Below, piece after piece: positions 1 through 10,072 of a stretch of DNA of 64,000 bases; the stretch's first letter is position 1, and every line of letters starts with the position of its first letter. The notes under the pieces were generated by a model, which had not been told where the DNA came from, did no database searches, and worked only from the letters and a program-made list of their open reading frames with translations. The stretch comes from an uncultured Actinomycetota bacterium. GTDB taxonomy: Bacteria; Actinomycetota; Actinomycetes; Propionibacteriales; Nocardioidaceae. Both the position numbers and the translations under genes were made by a program. Location: the NCBI GenBank assembly GCA_963756045.1, contig CAVWML010000013.1:335-64334 (forward strand), given 5' to 3'.

Positions 1-58
1 TGAACCTGCGACCTCTGGGTTATGAGCCCAGCGAGCTACCGAACTGCTCCACCCCGCG
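1..58 (-). tRNA. tRNA-fMet (CAT), 3' end cut off by window edge
   Basis: Reverse complement reads CGCGGGGTGGAGCAGTTCGGTAGCTCGCTGGGCTCATAACCCAGAGGTCGCAGGTTCA: initiator tRNA 5' end, GGG/CCC anticodon stem, CAT anticodon, start of T-loop GGTTCA. Confidence 0.95.
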
Positions 59-111
59 TCGCTTCGCGGAACTTTACCGTCCCGCTTGGGGCCAGCCAAA
101 TCGGCGGGGTC

Positions 112-186
112 GGGCCCTTCGAGACGGGACTTCGTCCCTCCTCAGGGACCTGCACTCGACGTCGCCGCGCGACCTCCTCAGGGACC
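112..186. repeat. REP-like palindromic repeat (39-bp copy at 112-150 plus degenerate partial copy ending at 186)
   Basis: GGGCCCTTCGAGACGGGACTTCGTCCCTCCTCAGGGACC matches the inverted copy at 9446-9484 at 37/39; CTCCTCAGGGACC recurs at 174-186. Confidence 0.8.
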
Positions 187-214
187 CGGGCCGGAGCCGG
201 ATGCGACCAACGGG

Positions 215-601
215 TCAGGCGACGTCGATGTCCACCTTGTTGGGGTAGAAGGCGACGTGGCCGGCAATCTCTCCGACCGCGTCGTAGGGCTCGCGGTAGG
301 TCCAGCCGGCGTCGGTGACGATGGGCGCGTCCTGGGCCGAGTCGGCCGTGAGGGAGACGTCGAAGTAGCTCGCGTCGCCCTTGAACGGGCAGTACGACTC
401 GGTGTCGCTGGGGGCGAGCACGTCGGGCTCGACGTCCTCCTGCGGCACGTAGTAGACCGGCGGGTACGACGCCTCGCGCAGCACCAGCGCGCGGTCGGTG
501 GTGGCGATCGTGCGGCCGCCGACGGAGACGATGACCTTCTCGGTCGACTGCTCGACGGTGATCGGGTGATCGGGTGAGGGTTGCAGCTTCGGACGCGACA
601 T
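215..601 (-). CDS. DUF427 family protein
   Basis: MSRPKLQPSPDHPITVE...LREASYPPVYYVP...YCPFKGDASY...WTY..PY..V..IAGHVAFY; GAGAGAGGAA RBS. Confidence 0.85.
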   Translation of the reverse strand: MSRPKLQPSPDHPITVEQSTEKVIVSVGGRTIATTDRALVLREASYPPVYYVPQEDVEPDVLAPSDTESYCPFKGDASYFDVSLTADSAQDAPIVTDAGWTYREPYDAVGEIAGHVAFYPNKVDIDVA

Positions 602-663
602 GGGGTTCCTCTCTCTGTTCCTTCGGGCAACACGGCTGGCGCGGGGGCTGTTCCCGGCAGGGC

Positions 664-1182
664 ATGATGCGGACCGTGTCCCGCGCGCGTCCTTTGCCGT
701 CGTACGACGAGGTGCTGGTCCTCCCAGCCGCACCGACACGAACCGTGCCCACCGAGTTCGGGGACGGCAACGGGCACCTCAACGTGCGCCACTACCTCGG
801 CATCTTCGACGACGCGGAGTGGGCGCTGTTCGACGAGTTCGGCGCGGGCAACGAGGCGTCGGAGGCCGGCATCGGTGGCATGTTCGCCCTCGAGCAGCAC
901 CTGAGCTACCGGCGCGAGGTGCTGGTCGGCGACGTGGTCGCGGTGCACGTGCGGCTGCTCGCCCGCAGCGAGAAGCTGGTCCACTTCGTCAGCTACCTGG
1001 CCAACCACACCCGCAGCGAGGTGTCGGCCAGCATGGAGGCGCTCGAGGCCTTCGTCGCCTACGACAGCCGGCAGGTGAGCCCGTTCTCCGCCGACGCGCA
1101 GCAGGTCCTCGACCGCTGGATCGAGCAGCAGGCGGGGATGCCGGCTCCGGCGCTGTCCGGGTCGATCTCCCTCGGCGACTGA
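664..1182 (+). CDS. Thioesterase (hot-dog fold, 4HBT/FcbC-like)
   Basis: DGNGHLNVRHY motif, EQHLSYRREV; start codon uncertain (664/667/676). Confidence 0.8.
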   Translation: MMRTVSRARPLPSYDEVLVLPAAPTRTVPTEFGDGNGHLNVRHYLGIFDDAEWALFDEFGAGNEASEAGIGGMFALEQHLSYRREVLVGDVVAVHVRLLARSEKLVHFVSYLANHTRSEVSASMEALEAFVAYDSRQVSPFSADAQQVLDRWIEQQAGMPAPALSGSISLGD

Positions 1183-1198
1183 CGGCCATCCCTACGAT

Positions 1199-2733
1199 GT
1201 GCGCGTGACGGAGGCGGGCTACGGGTCGGTGCTGCTCGGCCCGGCCGACCAGAACGCCGGGCGCCTGCGCTCGCGCGTGCAGACACTCCTGACGATCCTG
1301 CTCGTCGGCACCAACCTGGTCGGCGCCGCGATCGTGGTCGTGCTCTCGACGGTCGTGATCCCCGGCCCCAAGCCGAACGACCAGATGAAGCTGGCCCTGG
1401 CCATCGGCGTCCCCGTCTACGTCGTCGTGGCCGTCGTCGTGGGTGCCACCCTCGGCACGACCGTCTCGCTGCGCGCCCTCCGTTGGGCCACGCAGGAGCA
1501 GACGCCCACCCGCGAGGAGCGGCTGACCGCGCTCAAGGTCCCCTGGTACCTGACCCTCATCCAGGCCGGCCTCTGGTTCAGCGCGACCATCCTGTTCACG
1601 TTGCTGGCCGTATTCCTCCAGCCGGAGCGCGCGCTCACCACGGCGTTCGCCGTGGGCATCACCAGCGTCGTCGTCAGCGCGATCGCCTACCTGCTCAGCG
1701 AGTTCTCGCTGCGACCGATCGCGGCGCGAGCGCTGGCGGAGGAGACGCAGGTGACGCCCAGCGCGATCGGCGTACGGCGGCGCATGCTCATCTTCTGGAG
1801 CCTCGGCACCGGCGCACCGGTCGTCGGGCTGATCGTGGTGGCGATCCTGTCCCTGACGATCGGCCAGACCACGCTGTCGCGGCTCGCGGTCGTCGACCTC
1901 GCGATCGGCGCGGTGGTGCTCTGCTTCGGCTTCCTGGTGACCTGGCTGAACGCGCGCGCGGTCGTCTCGCCGATCCTCTCGGTGAGCAGCGCGATGCGGC
2001 GCGTCGAGCAGGGTGACCTCGACACCGAGGTGCAGGTGTACGACGGCACCGAGCTCGGCCAGCTCCAGGCCGGCTTCAACCACATGGTCGGCGGGCTGCG
2101 CGAGCGCGAGCACCTCCGCGACCTGTTCGGTCGGCACGTCGGCAAGGAGGTGGCGGCTGCCGCGGCCGGCAAGGACGTCGAGCTCGGCGGCGAGACCCGC
2201 GTCGTCTCCGTGCTGTTCGTCGACCTGGTCGGCTCGACCGCACTGGCCTCCGAGCGCCGGCCCGACGAGGTCGTCGCCCTGCTGAACCGCTTCTTCGGCG
2301 TCGTGGTCGAGGAGGTCGACGAGCGCCAGGGCCTGGTGAACAAGTTCATCGGCGACGCCGTGCTCGCCGTCTTCGGCGCTCCTGTCGTGGTCGAGGACCA
2401 CGCCGGAAGGCGCTGGCGGCAGCGCGCGCGATGGCCGCCCGGCTCGCCGAGGAGGTGCCCGACCTGAAGGCGGGCATCGGTGTCTCGACCGGCGAGGCCG
2501 TGGCCGGCAACGTGGGCGACGAGACGCGCTACGAGTACACCGTCATCGGCGACGCCGTGAACTCCGCCTCCCGGCTCACCGACCTCGCCAAGGACGTCGA
2601 CGGCCGGGTGCTGGCGTCGTGGGAGTCCGTCGAGGCGGCGTCCGAGGACGAGGCGGCCCACTGGACGCGCCACGAGGCCGTGACCCTGCGCGGCCGGAGC
2701 AGCGAGACGATGACCGCCGTACCCCGGCCCTGA
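1199..2733 (+). CDS. Membrane class III adenylate cyclase with HAMP domain (frameshift near 2410)
   Basis: 6 TM segments, HAMP ([12 protein letters not shown]), [32 protein letters not shown] across ORFs 1199-2467 and 2431-2733. Confidence 0.9.
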
Positions 2734-2766
2734 CGGCCGGCCGGACGGGAGGGGCAGGATGGCCCC

Positions 2767-3786
2767 ATGACGTCGAGCATGCGCGCCTCCGTGCTCCTGC
2801 GGGAGAAGACCATCGAGCTCGAGGAGCGGCCGGTCCCCTCCCCCGGCCCCGACGAGGTGCTCGTGCGGGTGGGCTCGGTCGGGGTGTGCGGGTCCGACGT
2901 GCACTACTACGACCACGGCCGCATCGGCGACTTCGTGGTCACCGACCCGCTCGTGCTCGGCCACGAGGCCGGCGGCACGATCACCGAGGTCGGCAGCGCG
3001 GTCGACCCGTCGCGGGTCGGCGAGCGGGTCGCGCTCGAGCCGCAACGCCCGTGCCGCCGTTGCCGGCCGTGCAAGACCGGCCACCTCAACCTGTGCACCG
3101 ACATGCAGTTCTTCGCCACTCCCCCGATCGACGGCGCGTTCTGCGACTACGTCGTGCTGCCGGCCGACTTCGCGCACCCCGTGCCGGACTCGATGTCCGA
3201 CGCGGCCGTCGCCCTGTGCGAGCCGCTGTCGGTGGGCCTGTGGGCCAACGAGAAGGGCGGTACGACGGCCGGCTCGCGCGTCTTCATCACCGGCGCCGGC
3301 CCGATCGGCGCCGTGTGCGCGATGGCGGCCCGGGCGCGCGGCGCGACCGAGATCGTCGTCTCCGACCTCGTCGAGTCCCGACGCCAGCGCATCACCGAGC
3401 TCACCGGAGCCACCACCGTCGACCCGGCCGCCGGCTTCGACCCCGCCGAGATCGGCGCCGACGTGTTCCTCGAGTGCTCCGGCGCCACACCGGCGCTGCA
3501 AGCGGGGATCAAGGCCGTGCGGCCCGGCGGGATCGCCGTCATGGTCGGCCACGGCGACACCGACATCACGCTGCCGGTGCTCGACCTCCAGATGCACGAG
3601 GTCTGGCTGACCGGCATCTTCCGGTACGTCGACACGTGGCCGACCGCGATCGCCCTCGCGGCGAGCGGCATCGTCGACCTCGACGCCCTGGTCACCGCGC
3701 GGTTCGACCTCGACCACGTCGAGGACGCACTGACCAGCGACAGCGACCCGATGAGCATGAAGTCGGTCGTGGTGGTCAACTCGTGA
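2767..3786 (+). CDS. Zn-dependent sorbitol/L-iditol (xylitol) dehydrogenase
   Basis: GVCGSDVHY, GHE, structural-Zn CxxCxxC, GAGPIG, FRY..TWP. Confidence 0.88.
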   Translation: MTSSMRASVLLREKTIELEERPVPSPGPDEVLVRVGSVGVCGSDVHYYDHGRIGDFVVTDPLVLGHEAGGTITEVGSAVDPSRVGERVALEPQRPCRRCRPCKTGHLNLCTDMQFFATPPIDGAFCDYVVLPADFAHPVPDSMSDAAVALCEPLSVGLWANEKGGTTAGSRVFITGAGPIGAVCAMAARARGATEIVVSDLVESRRQRITELTGATTVDPAAGFDPAEIGADVFLECSGATPALQAGIKAVRPGGIAVMVGHGDTDITLPVLDLQMHEVWLTGIFRYVDTWPTAIALAASGIVDLDALVTARFDLDHVEDALTSDSDPMSMKSVVVVNS

Positions 3787-4553
3787 ACGGTCCGTTCGAC
3801 CTGACCGGGCGCACGGCTCTGGTCACGGGCGCCAACCGCGGGCTCGGGCGTGCCTTCGCCCAGGCGCTGGCCGAGTTCGGCGCCGACGTCGTGGTGGTCG
3901 GCCGCACCCAGGACGCCAACGACGCAGGCTGCGCGGCGAGATCGCCGACTCCACCGGACGCCGTACGACCGTGGTCACCGGCGACGTCGCCGAGCGTGGC
4001 GAGCCGAAGCGGATCGTGGCCGAGGCGCTGGAGTCGCACGAGCGCATCGACGTGCTCGTCAACAACGCCGGCGTCTGCTACCACCGGCCCTCCCTCGAGG
4101 TGCCCGACGAGGAGTTCGACGAGGTCTTCGAGGTCAACGTCACCGCGCCTGTGGGCGATGAGCCGGGCGGTCGCACCGCGGCATGATCGAGGCCGGCGGC
4201 GGCTCGATCGTCAACATCGGCTCCATCTCGGCCCAGATCGTCAACCGCCCGCAGTGGCAGCCGGCGTACAACGCCTCGAAGGCCGCCGTCCACCAGCTCA
4301 CCAAGTCGCTGGCGGCCGAGTGGGCGCCCCACCACATCCGCGTGAACGCGCTCGCCCCCGGCTACGTGCGGACCGAGATGGCCCCCGTCGACGACCCCCG
4401 CTTCAAGGCGCGGTGGATCGACGACTCGGCCATGCAGCGGGCCGCGAGCCCGGAGGAGATCGCGCCCGAGCGTCGTCTACCTCGCCAGCGACGCCGTCCT
4501 CGTTCACCACCGGTACGGTGCTCGTGGCCGACGGGGGTTACACGCTGTACTGA
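3783..4553 (+). CDS. SDR family oxidoreductase (polyol/sugar dehydrogenase-like; several frameshifts)
   Basis: TGANRGLG, NNAG, IVNRPQWQPAYNASK, DGGY across frames; GTGA overlap with upstream gene. Confidence 0.85.
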   Translation: MNGPFDLTGRTALVTGANRGLGRAFAQALAEFGADVVVVGRTQDANDAGCAARSPTPPDAVRPWSPATSPSVASRSGSWPRRWSRTSASTCSSTTPASATTGPPSRCPTRSSTRSSRSTSPRLWAMSRAVAPRHDRGRRRLDRQHRLHLGPDRQPPAVAAGVQRLEGRRPPAHQVAGGRVGAPPHPRERARPRLRADRDGPRRRPPLQGAVDRRLGHAAGREPGGDRARASSTSPATPSSFTTGTVLVADGGYTLY

Positions 4554-4576
4554 GGGGCGCGCGACCCCGGCGGCCG

Positions 4577-7516
4577 CTACTTCTTGCTGGTCAGCGCCTG
4601 CTCGACCAGCACCTTGGCCTCGTTGACCGCCTTGGCGTAGCCCTGCAGGTCGCCGTTCTTGAGCGCCTTGTCGGCCTCGGCGAACTTCCGATCGGCCTGC
4701 TGCAGCAGGCGCATCGCGCCGACGGGCAGGTTCTGGTTCTGGTTGGTGCCCGCGCCCGGGTTGGTCGTCGGCGTACCCGGTGACGTCGAGTTGTCGCTGA
4801 GACCCGCCTTCAGCACGTCGGCGAGCGAGGCGTCGAGGGTGTCACCGATGCCCACGTCGCGGCCGAACGAGGTCAGCACGTAGCGCAGGACCGGGTAGGT
4901 GCCGGCGCCGCTCTGACGCGTCGTGTACAGCGGCTGCACGTAGAGCAGCCCGCCGCCGACCGGCAGCGTCAGCAGGTTGCCGTACTCGATCCTGGCGTCG
5001 GCCTGCTTGAACGGCCGCACCGCCTCGGCGACCTTCGGGTCGTTGCTGAACTGGTTGGCGATCTGCGACGGGCCGGGCACCTGAGTGGTGTCGGGCAGGC
5101 GCAGGATCGTGAACTTGCCGTACGTCGACGGGTCGGTCGCATCGGCGCCGACCGCCATGAACGACGCGAGGTTCTGCTTCTTCTGCGGCACGAACACCGT
5201 GGTCAGCGAGAACTCCGGCTTCGTGCCGGCCTTGGTCGCCACCGAGAGCCGGTACGGCGGCTGCTTCTGCGTCGACTTCGAGGGGTCCTCCGGGATCGGC
5301 CCACTGGTCGTTGCCCTCGTAGAAGGTCTTCGGGTCGAGCACGTGGTAGGAGGCGAGCATGTCGCGCTGCACCTTGAAGAGGTCCTCGGGGTAGCGCATG
5401 TGGGCCAGCAGGTCCGGCGGGATGTCGGACTTCGGCTTCACCACACCCGGGAACGCCTTCTCCCACGTGCGCAGGATCGGGTCCTTGGCGTCCCACGCGT
5501 AGAGCGTTCACGGTGCCGTCGTACATGTCGACCGTGGCCTTGACCGCGTTGTCCATGTAGTTGATCTGGTCGGTCGGCAAGGTGGCGTACGCCGAGCGCG
5601 GGTTGATCGCGTCGGAGGTCATCTCCTGCAGCGACTTCTTCTGCGAGCCGGGGTACTTGTCCGTGGTGGTGTAGCCGTCGAGGATCCAGACCATCTTCCC
5701 GTCGACGACCGCCGGCAGCGCGTCGGAGTCGACGATCAGCCACGGCGCGACCTTCTGCAGCCGCTCACGCGGCGAGCGGTCGTAGAGGATCTTGCTGTTC
5801 TGGTTCACCCGCGAGGACAGCACGATGTTGGCGTCGCCGAACTTGGTCGCGTAGAGCAGCTTGCGGAAGAGGCTGCCGACGCCGACGCCGTCCTTGCCGG
5901 TGTAGGTGTTGGTCTTCGACTGGCCCGGCGTGCCGGCGCCCTGCGGGACGTCGAGCTCGACGTCCTTGCCGCCGGGCGCCTTGCCGACGATCGAGTAGTC
6001 GGGGCTGTTCTCGCCGAAGTAGATCTGGCCGCGGTAGGTGTGGTTCGGCTGGATGTCGCTGATCGCGCCCTCCGGCGGCAGGTCCTCCTCGGCGAACAGC
6101 GGCTCGCCGTCGTTGTCCACGGCCTGGCCCTCGGCGTTCTGCTGGTTGCCGAAGGCCGCGATCAGCCCGTAGCCGTGGGTGTAGACGGTCTTCTCGTTGG
6201 CCCACTTCTTCTGCGCGTCGGGCAGGCCGGCGAGGTGCAGCTCACGGGCGGCCACGACCATGTCGCGCGGCCGGCCGTTGATCAGGTAGTGGTCGACGTC
6301 GAGGGCGCCGGGCACGCTGTAGTAGCCGCGCACCTGCTGCAGCTGGTCGAACGTCGAGGACACCAGCTCGGGGTCGAGCAGCCGGATGCCCGGCTTCGAC
6401 GAGGCATCGGCGTTCAGCTGTCCTGCCGAGAGCGTGGTGTTGGCCTTGTACTCCGTGACGCTCGTGTCCTCCAGGCCGTACGCCGCCCGCGTCGCCTGGA
6501 TGTTCTTGCCGATGTACGACGCCTCCTTGTCCGGCTGGTCGGGGTTGACCTGGAAGCGCTGCATGAGGCCGGGCCAGACCCCGCCGAGCAGGACCGCGGA
6601 GATCGACGAACAGGGCCAGGCCGACGCCGGGGAGCAGCCAGGTGCGGCGCACGATGTTGGCGAAGAAGAGGATCGCGCAGATGACCGCGATGAACATCAA
6701 GATGTTCTTCGACGGCAGCACCGCGTGGTCACGCGTGTAGGTCATGCCGGTGACCAGCCCGCCACCGGCCGAGGTCAGGTCGAAGCGGCCGAGGTAGTAG
6801 TCGATCCCCTTCAGCAGCAGGAAGACGCCGAACAGCGCACACAGCTGCCCCTGCGCCGGCCCGGAGACCTTGTCGGTGGCGGACTGCAGCCGGATGCCGC
6901 CGTACAGGTAGTGCACGACCACGGAGACCAGCAGCGAGATGAACACCGCCGTCATCGCGAAGTCGACGAGGAAGTGCAGCCAGGGCAGGCTGAAGACGTA
7001 GAACCCGATGTCCTTGTGGAAGTACGGGTCGGCCGTGCCGAACGACGTGCGGTGGTCCCACAGCAGGAAGTCGCGCCACTTGCCCGAGGCCGAGATCCCG
7101 GCGAAGACGCCGATGACGACGCTGATGCCCACCAGCAGCAGGCGCCGCATCGGGGTGACCACCTCGCGGTAGCGCTCGAGGTTGGCCTGCTCGGGCGAGT
7201 GCGGGCGGAACACCGGGCGCAGCCGGTAGGCCAGCCACAGGTTCACCGCCACGACCAGCCCCATCAGGCCGCCGAAGATCAGGAACAGCAGCACCCGCGT
7301 CCAGATCAGGGTGGAGAAGACCGAGCCGTAGCCGAGCATCGAGTACCACAGCTTGTCGGTGTAGATGCCCGCGAAGAGCGAGAAGCCGATGATCAGCCCT
7401 GCCACCACGATGATCGTGAGCAGCAGCGGCCGCGGTCGGCGTGACCGCTGGGCCACCGGACGTCCGGCACCGGCGCCGCCACCAGCCTCGGGCTGGTCGG
7501 CGAAGAAGTCACTCAT
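4577..7516 (-). CDS. UPF0182 family membrane protein (frameshifted)
   Basis: [67 protein letters not shown]; typical position beside tRNA-Met. Confidence 0.92.
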
Positions 7517-8024
7517 CCAAGGTGCCCGTCGTGATCATCGGTTGGTCGTCTCCCGCGTCCGGTTCGAGGGTCGCGTGCAGCAACTGTAGAAGGCCGGGCA
7601 CGAGGTCCGACCCGACCAGCACCAGGTCGTCCTCGTCGTGGGCTCGCTGGCGGATCGCGCACGAGCTCTCGCCGCCACGCAGGACTCCGGCCACGATGCG
7701 CGCCTCTCCCTGCTCGTCACCGGCGGCCTCGTCCTCCGTCGTCGCCTCGAGCACGACGGCGCACCCGATGACCTCGGGCGGCCAGGCGATGGTGGCCAGG
7801 AAGTCCTGGAGGGAGTCGCTGACGGCCTCCTGCTCGACCGGGGTCAGCCCGCCCGCGTCGTCCTCGGTGATGCCGAGCACCTCGGCCAGCTGGGGCTCGC
7901 GCTGGAGCAGGTCGACGGTGTCGACGAGGGCGTACAGCGTCGCCGGGCGGTCCCAGCCCGCGCCGGCGGCGTGCCGCTCGACCTCGACCACGACCTCCTC
8001 GAGCACCTCTGTGAGGTCAGCCAC
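7509..8024 (-). CDS. PPA1309 family protein
   Basis: GWD.PA.LYALV.T, LTPVEQE, IAWP.EV.GCA, LVPGL..LL.AT; conserved synteny. Confidence 0.85.
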   Translation of the reverse strand: MADLTEVLEEVVVEVERHAAGAGWDRPATLYALVDTVDLLQREPQLAEVLGITEDDAGGLTPVEQEAVSDSLQDFLATIAWPPEVIGCAVVLEATTEDEAAGDEQGEARIVAGVLRGGESSCAIRQRAHDEDDLVLVGSDLVPGLLQLLHATLEPDAGDDQPMITTGTLDE

Positions 8025-9078
8025 TGGTGCACCTCGGCAGCGGAGCGTTGTGGTTCTGCGCCCAGCGGTGGACGTCGTCGAGCGCGTCGCTGAGCTTGTT
8101 CACCTTCACCAGACGCATCTTGCTGGGGTCGAAGTGGCCGGCCACCGCCTCGGCGCAGTTCTGGGCCGGAGCCAGGAACAGCTTGGCGCCGGCGTCCTGG
8201 GCCGCGACCAGCTTCTGCTGGATCCCGCCGATCGGATCGACGGTGCCGTCGGGTTCGATCTCGCCGGTGCCGGCGATCGTCTTCTGGTCGGTGAGCGAGC
8301 CCGGCGTGAGCACGTCGTAGATGCCCATCGAGAACATCAGTCCACCCGAAGGCCCGCCGATGTTCTTGTCGATGTTGAGCGTCACGTCGAACGGGAACTT
8401 GTAGGCCGGCGCGACGGTGATCAGCAGCGCGCTCGACCCGGGGCTCGACGGCGACTTCGTGGTGTGCATGTGCGTGACGACGGCCTTGCCGTGGCGGCGT
8501 ACGACCACCGTGACCGGGTCTCCGACCTTGATCGGCCGGATGGTGTCGGCCAGCTGGGTGTAGGAGTGGATCGTCGTGTCGTTGATCTTCACGATGCGGT
8601 CACCGGAGCGGAGCTTGCCGTACGCCGGGCCGGCCTTCTCGACCGTGGCCACGGTCGCGTAGGTCTCGAACGGGATGTGCAGGGCGGTCAGGGCCGCGGC
8701 CACGGCGTCGCTCTGCGAGGTGTCCATCTGCACCGTCGACTGCTGCTGCACGGTCTTGCTGGTGTCGGTGGTGCCGTAGATCGCCTGGAAGGGATACACG
8801 GACTTGTCCGGATCGGCCCACGCCAGCACCATCTGCGCCAGGCTGACCTTGTCCTGCGGGCCGCTGGGGATCACGGTGAGCAGCCGCAGCTCACCCTTGT
8901 CGTGGTACGTCGGGTGCCCGCTCACCTCGATGATCGGCTTGTTCTGGTACTCGCCGAGCACGTTGACCGTCGGCCCCGGCGCGAAGGTGACGTACGGGAC
9001 CGGGCGCACCGCGGCGACCACCGCCAGCCCGACGACGAGAACGGCAGCGACCAGCCCCGCTACTGTCCGCCGCTGCAT
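8017..9078 (-). CDS. PDZ-domain / Lon-like S16 protease (YlbL family)
   Basis: N-terminal TM, PGPT.NVLG, GGPSGGLMF, IAGTG.I, GGIQQK. Confidence 0.9.
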   Translation of the reverse strand: MQRRTVAGLVAAVLVVGLAVVAAVRPVPYVTFAPGPTVNVLGEYQNKPIIEVSGHPTYHDKGELRLLTVIPSGPQDKVSLAQMVLAWADPDKSVYPFQAIYGTTDTSKTVQQQSTVQMDTSQSDAVAAALTALHIPFETYATVATVEKAGPAYGKLRSGDRIVKINDTTIHSYTQLADTIRPIKVGDPVTVVVRRHGKAVVTHMHTTKSPSSPGSSALLITVAPAYKFPFDVTLNIDKNIGGPSGGLMFSMGIYDVLTPGSLTDQKTIAGTGEIEPDGTVDPIGGIQQKLVAAQDAGAKLFLAPAQNCAEAVAGHFDPSKMRLVKVNKLSDALDDVHRWAQNHNAPLPRCTSG

Positions 9079-9129
9079 GTGGGTCACCCTCTCAAACGTG
9101 GCCAACCCGGCGCGCGGCCTGGGTCGCGC

Positions 9130-9393
9130 TCACGCCGAGCGGCGCGTGCCGTCGTCGGGCAGCTGGGAGGGTCGGACGGCGATCCCGGTGCTGCGCTCGC
9201 GCTCGGGACGCGGCGCGCTCGCGCGGGTGACCACCTGGGTGGGCAGATCGCGCAGGATCGCCGCCGCCAGCCGTTCCTGGGCGGCCTCCGAGCGGTCCGG
9301 GCTGACGTCGCGGGCACGCCCCAGCCAGCCCACCCATGCCATCGCGACCGCGGTCACGATGGCGGGCGGAAGCCACCAGAGCAGGATCTCCAC
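9130..9393 (-). CDS. Small hypothetical membrane protein
   Basis: MEILLWWLPP hydrophobic N-terminus, fits gap between genes on the same strand. Confidence 0.65.
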   Translation of the reverse strand: MEILLWWLPPAIVTAVAMAWVGWLGRARDVSPDRSEAAQERLAAAILRDLPTQVVTRASAPRPERERSTGIAVRPSQLPDDGTRRSA

Positions 9394-9445
9394 GCACCCA
9401 TGATGCCGACCCGAACGGCCCCCTCCCGGCTCAACACGCCCGGCC

Positions 9446-9484
9446 GGTCCCTGAGGAAGGACGAAGTCCTGTCTCGAAGGGCCC
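9446..9484. repeat. REP-like palindromic repeat (inverted copy of 112-150)
   Basis: Reverse complement GGGCCCTTCGAGACAGGACTTCGTCCTTCCTCAGGGACC, directly after the moaE stop. Confidence 0.8.
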
Positions 9485-9492
9485 CGCGACGT

Positions 9493-9969
9493 TCAGGGGG
9501 TGTTGACCCACTCGTCGTGCCCGTCGCTGAAGACCTGGTGCTTCCAGACCGGCACGCGCTCCTTCAGCCGGTCGATCAGCGCCCGGGAGGCCGCGTAGGC
9601 CTCGGCCCGGTGGGTGGCCGAGGCGGCCACCAGCACAGCGGCGTCGCCGATGACGAGGTGTCCGACGCGGTGCACGACGGCCAGGCCGACGACGTCGAAC
9701 TCCTCGCCCACCTCCTCGGCGACCTCGCGGAGTCGCTGGAGCGCGGTCGGGTGCGCGTCGTAGTCGATGTGGTCGACGGTGGAGCCGTGGTCGTGGTCGC
9801 GGACCGCGCCGACGAAGAGGTTGACCCCGCCGGCCGCCGCATCCTCGACCGCGGCAAGGACCTCGCTCACGTCGAGCGGCGTCTCGCGCAGGTCGCAGAC
9901 GCGCACGACACCTCGCGCGGTCGTCTCCCCCGATCCGTCGCCCGATTCGTCCCCCGGGTCGCTGGTCAC
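9493..9969 (-). CDS. moaE: Molybdopterin synthase catalytic subunit MoaE
   Basis: F.GAVRDHD, HRVG.L.IGD, HRAEAY, LK.RVPVWKHQ.F.DG..EWV. Confidence 0.9.
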   Translation of the reverse strand: MTSDPGDESGDGSGETTARGVVRVCDLRETPLDVSEVLAAVEDAAAGGVNLFVGAVRDHDHGSTVDHIDYDAHPTALQRLREVAEEVGEEFDVVGLAVVHRVGHLVIGDAAVLVAASATHRAEAYAASRALIDRLKERVPVWKHQVFSDGHDEWVNTP

Positions 9970-10072
9970 CCTCCCGAGCGTAGTGAGGGCGTGCGGGAAC
10001 CGCTTGTCCGCCCTGGGCGAACCGGGCCCACGAGGGGAGGCGGGCCTCGCCCAGGCCGGTACGTTGGAACGC

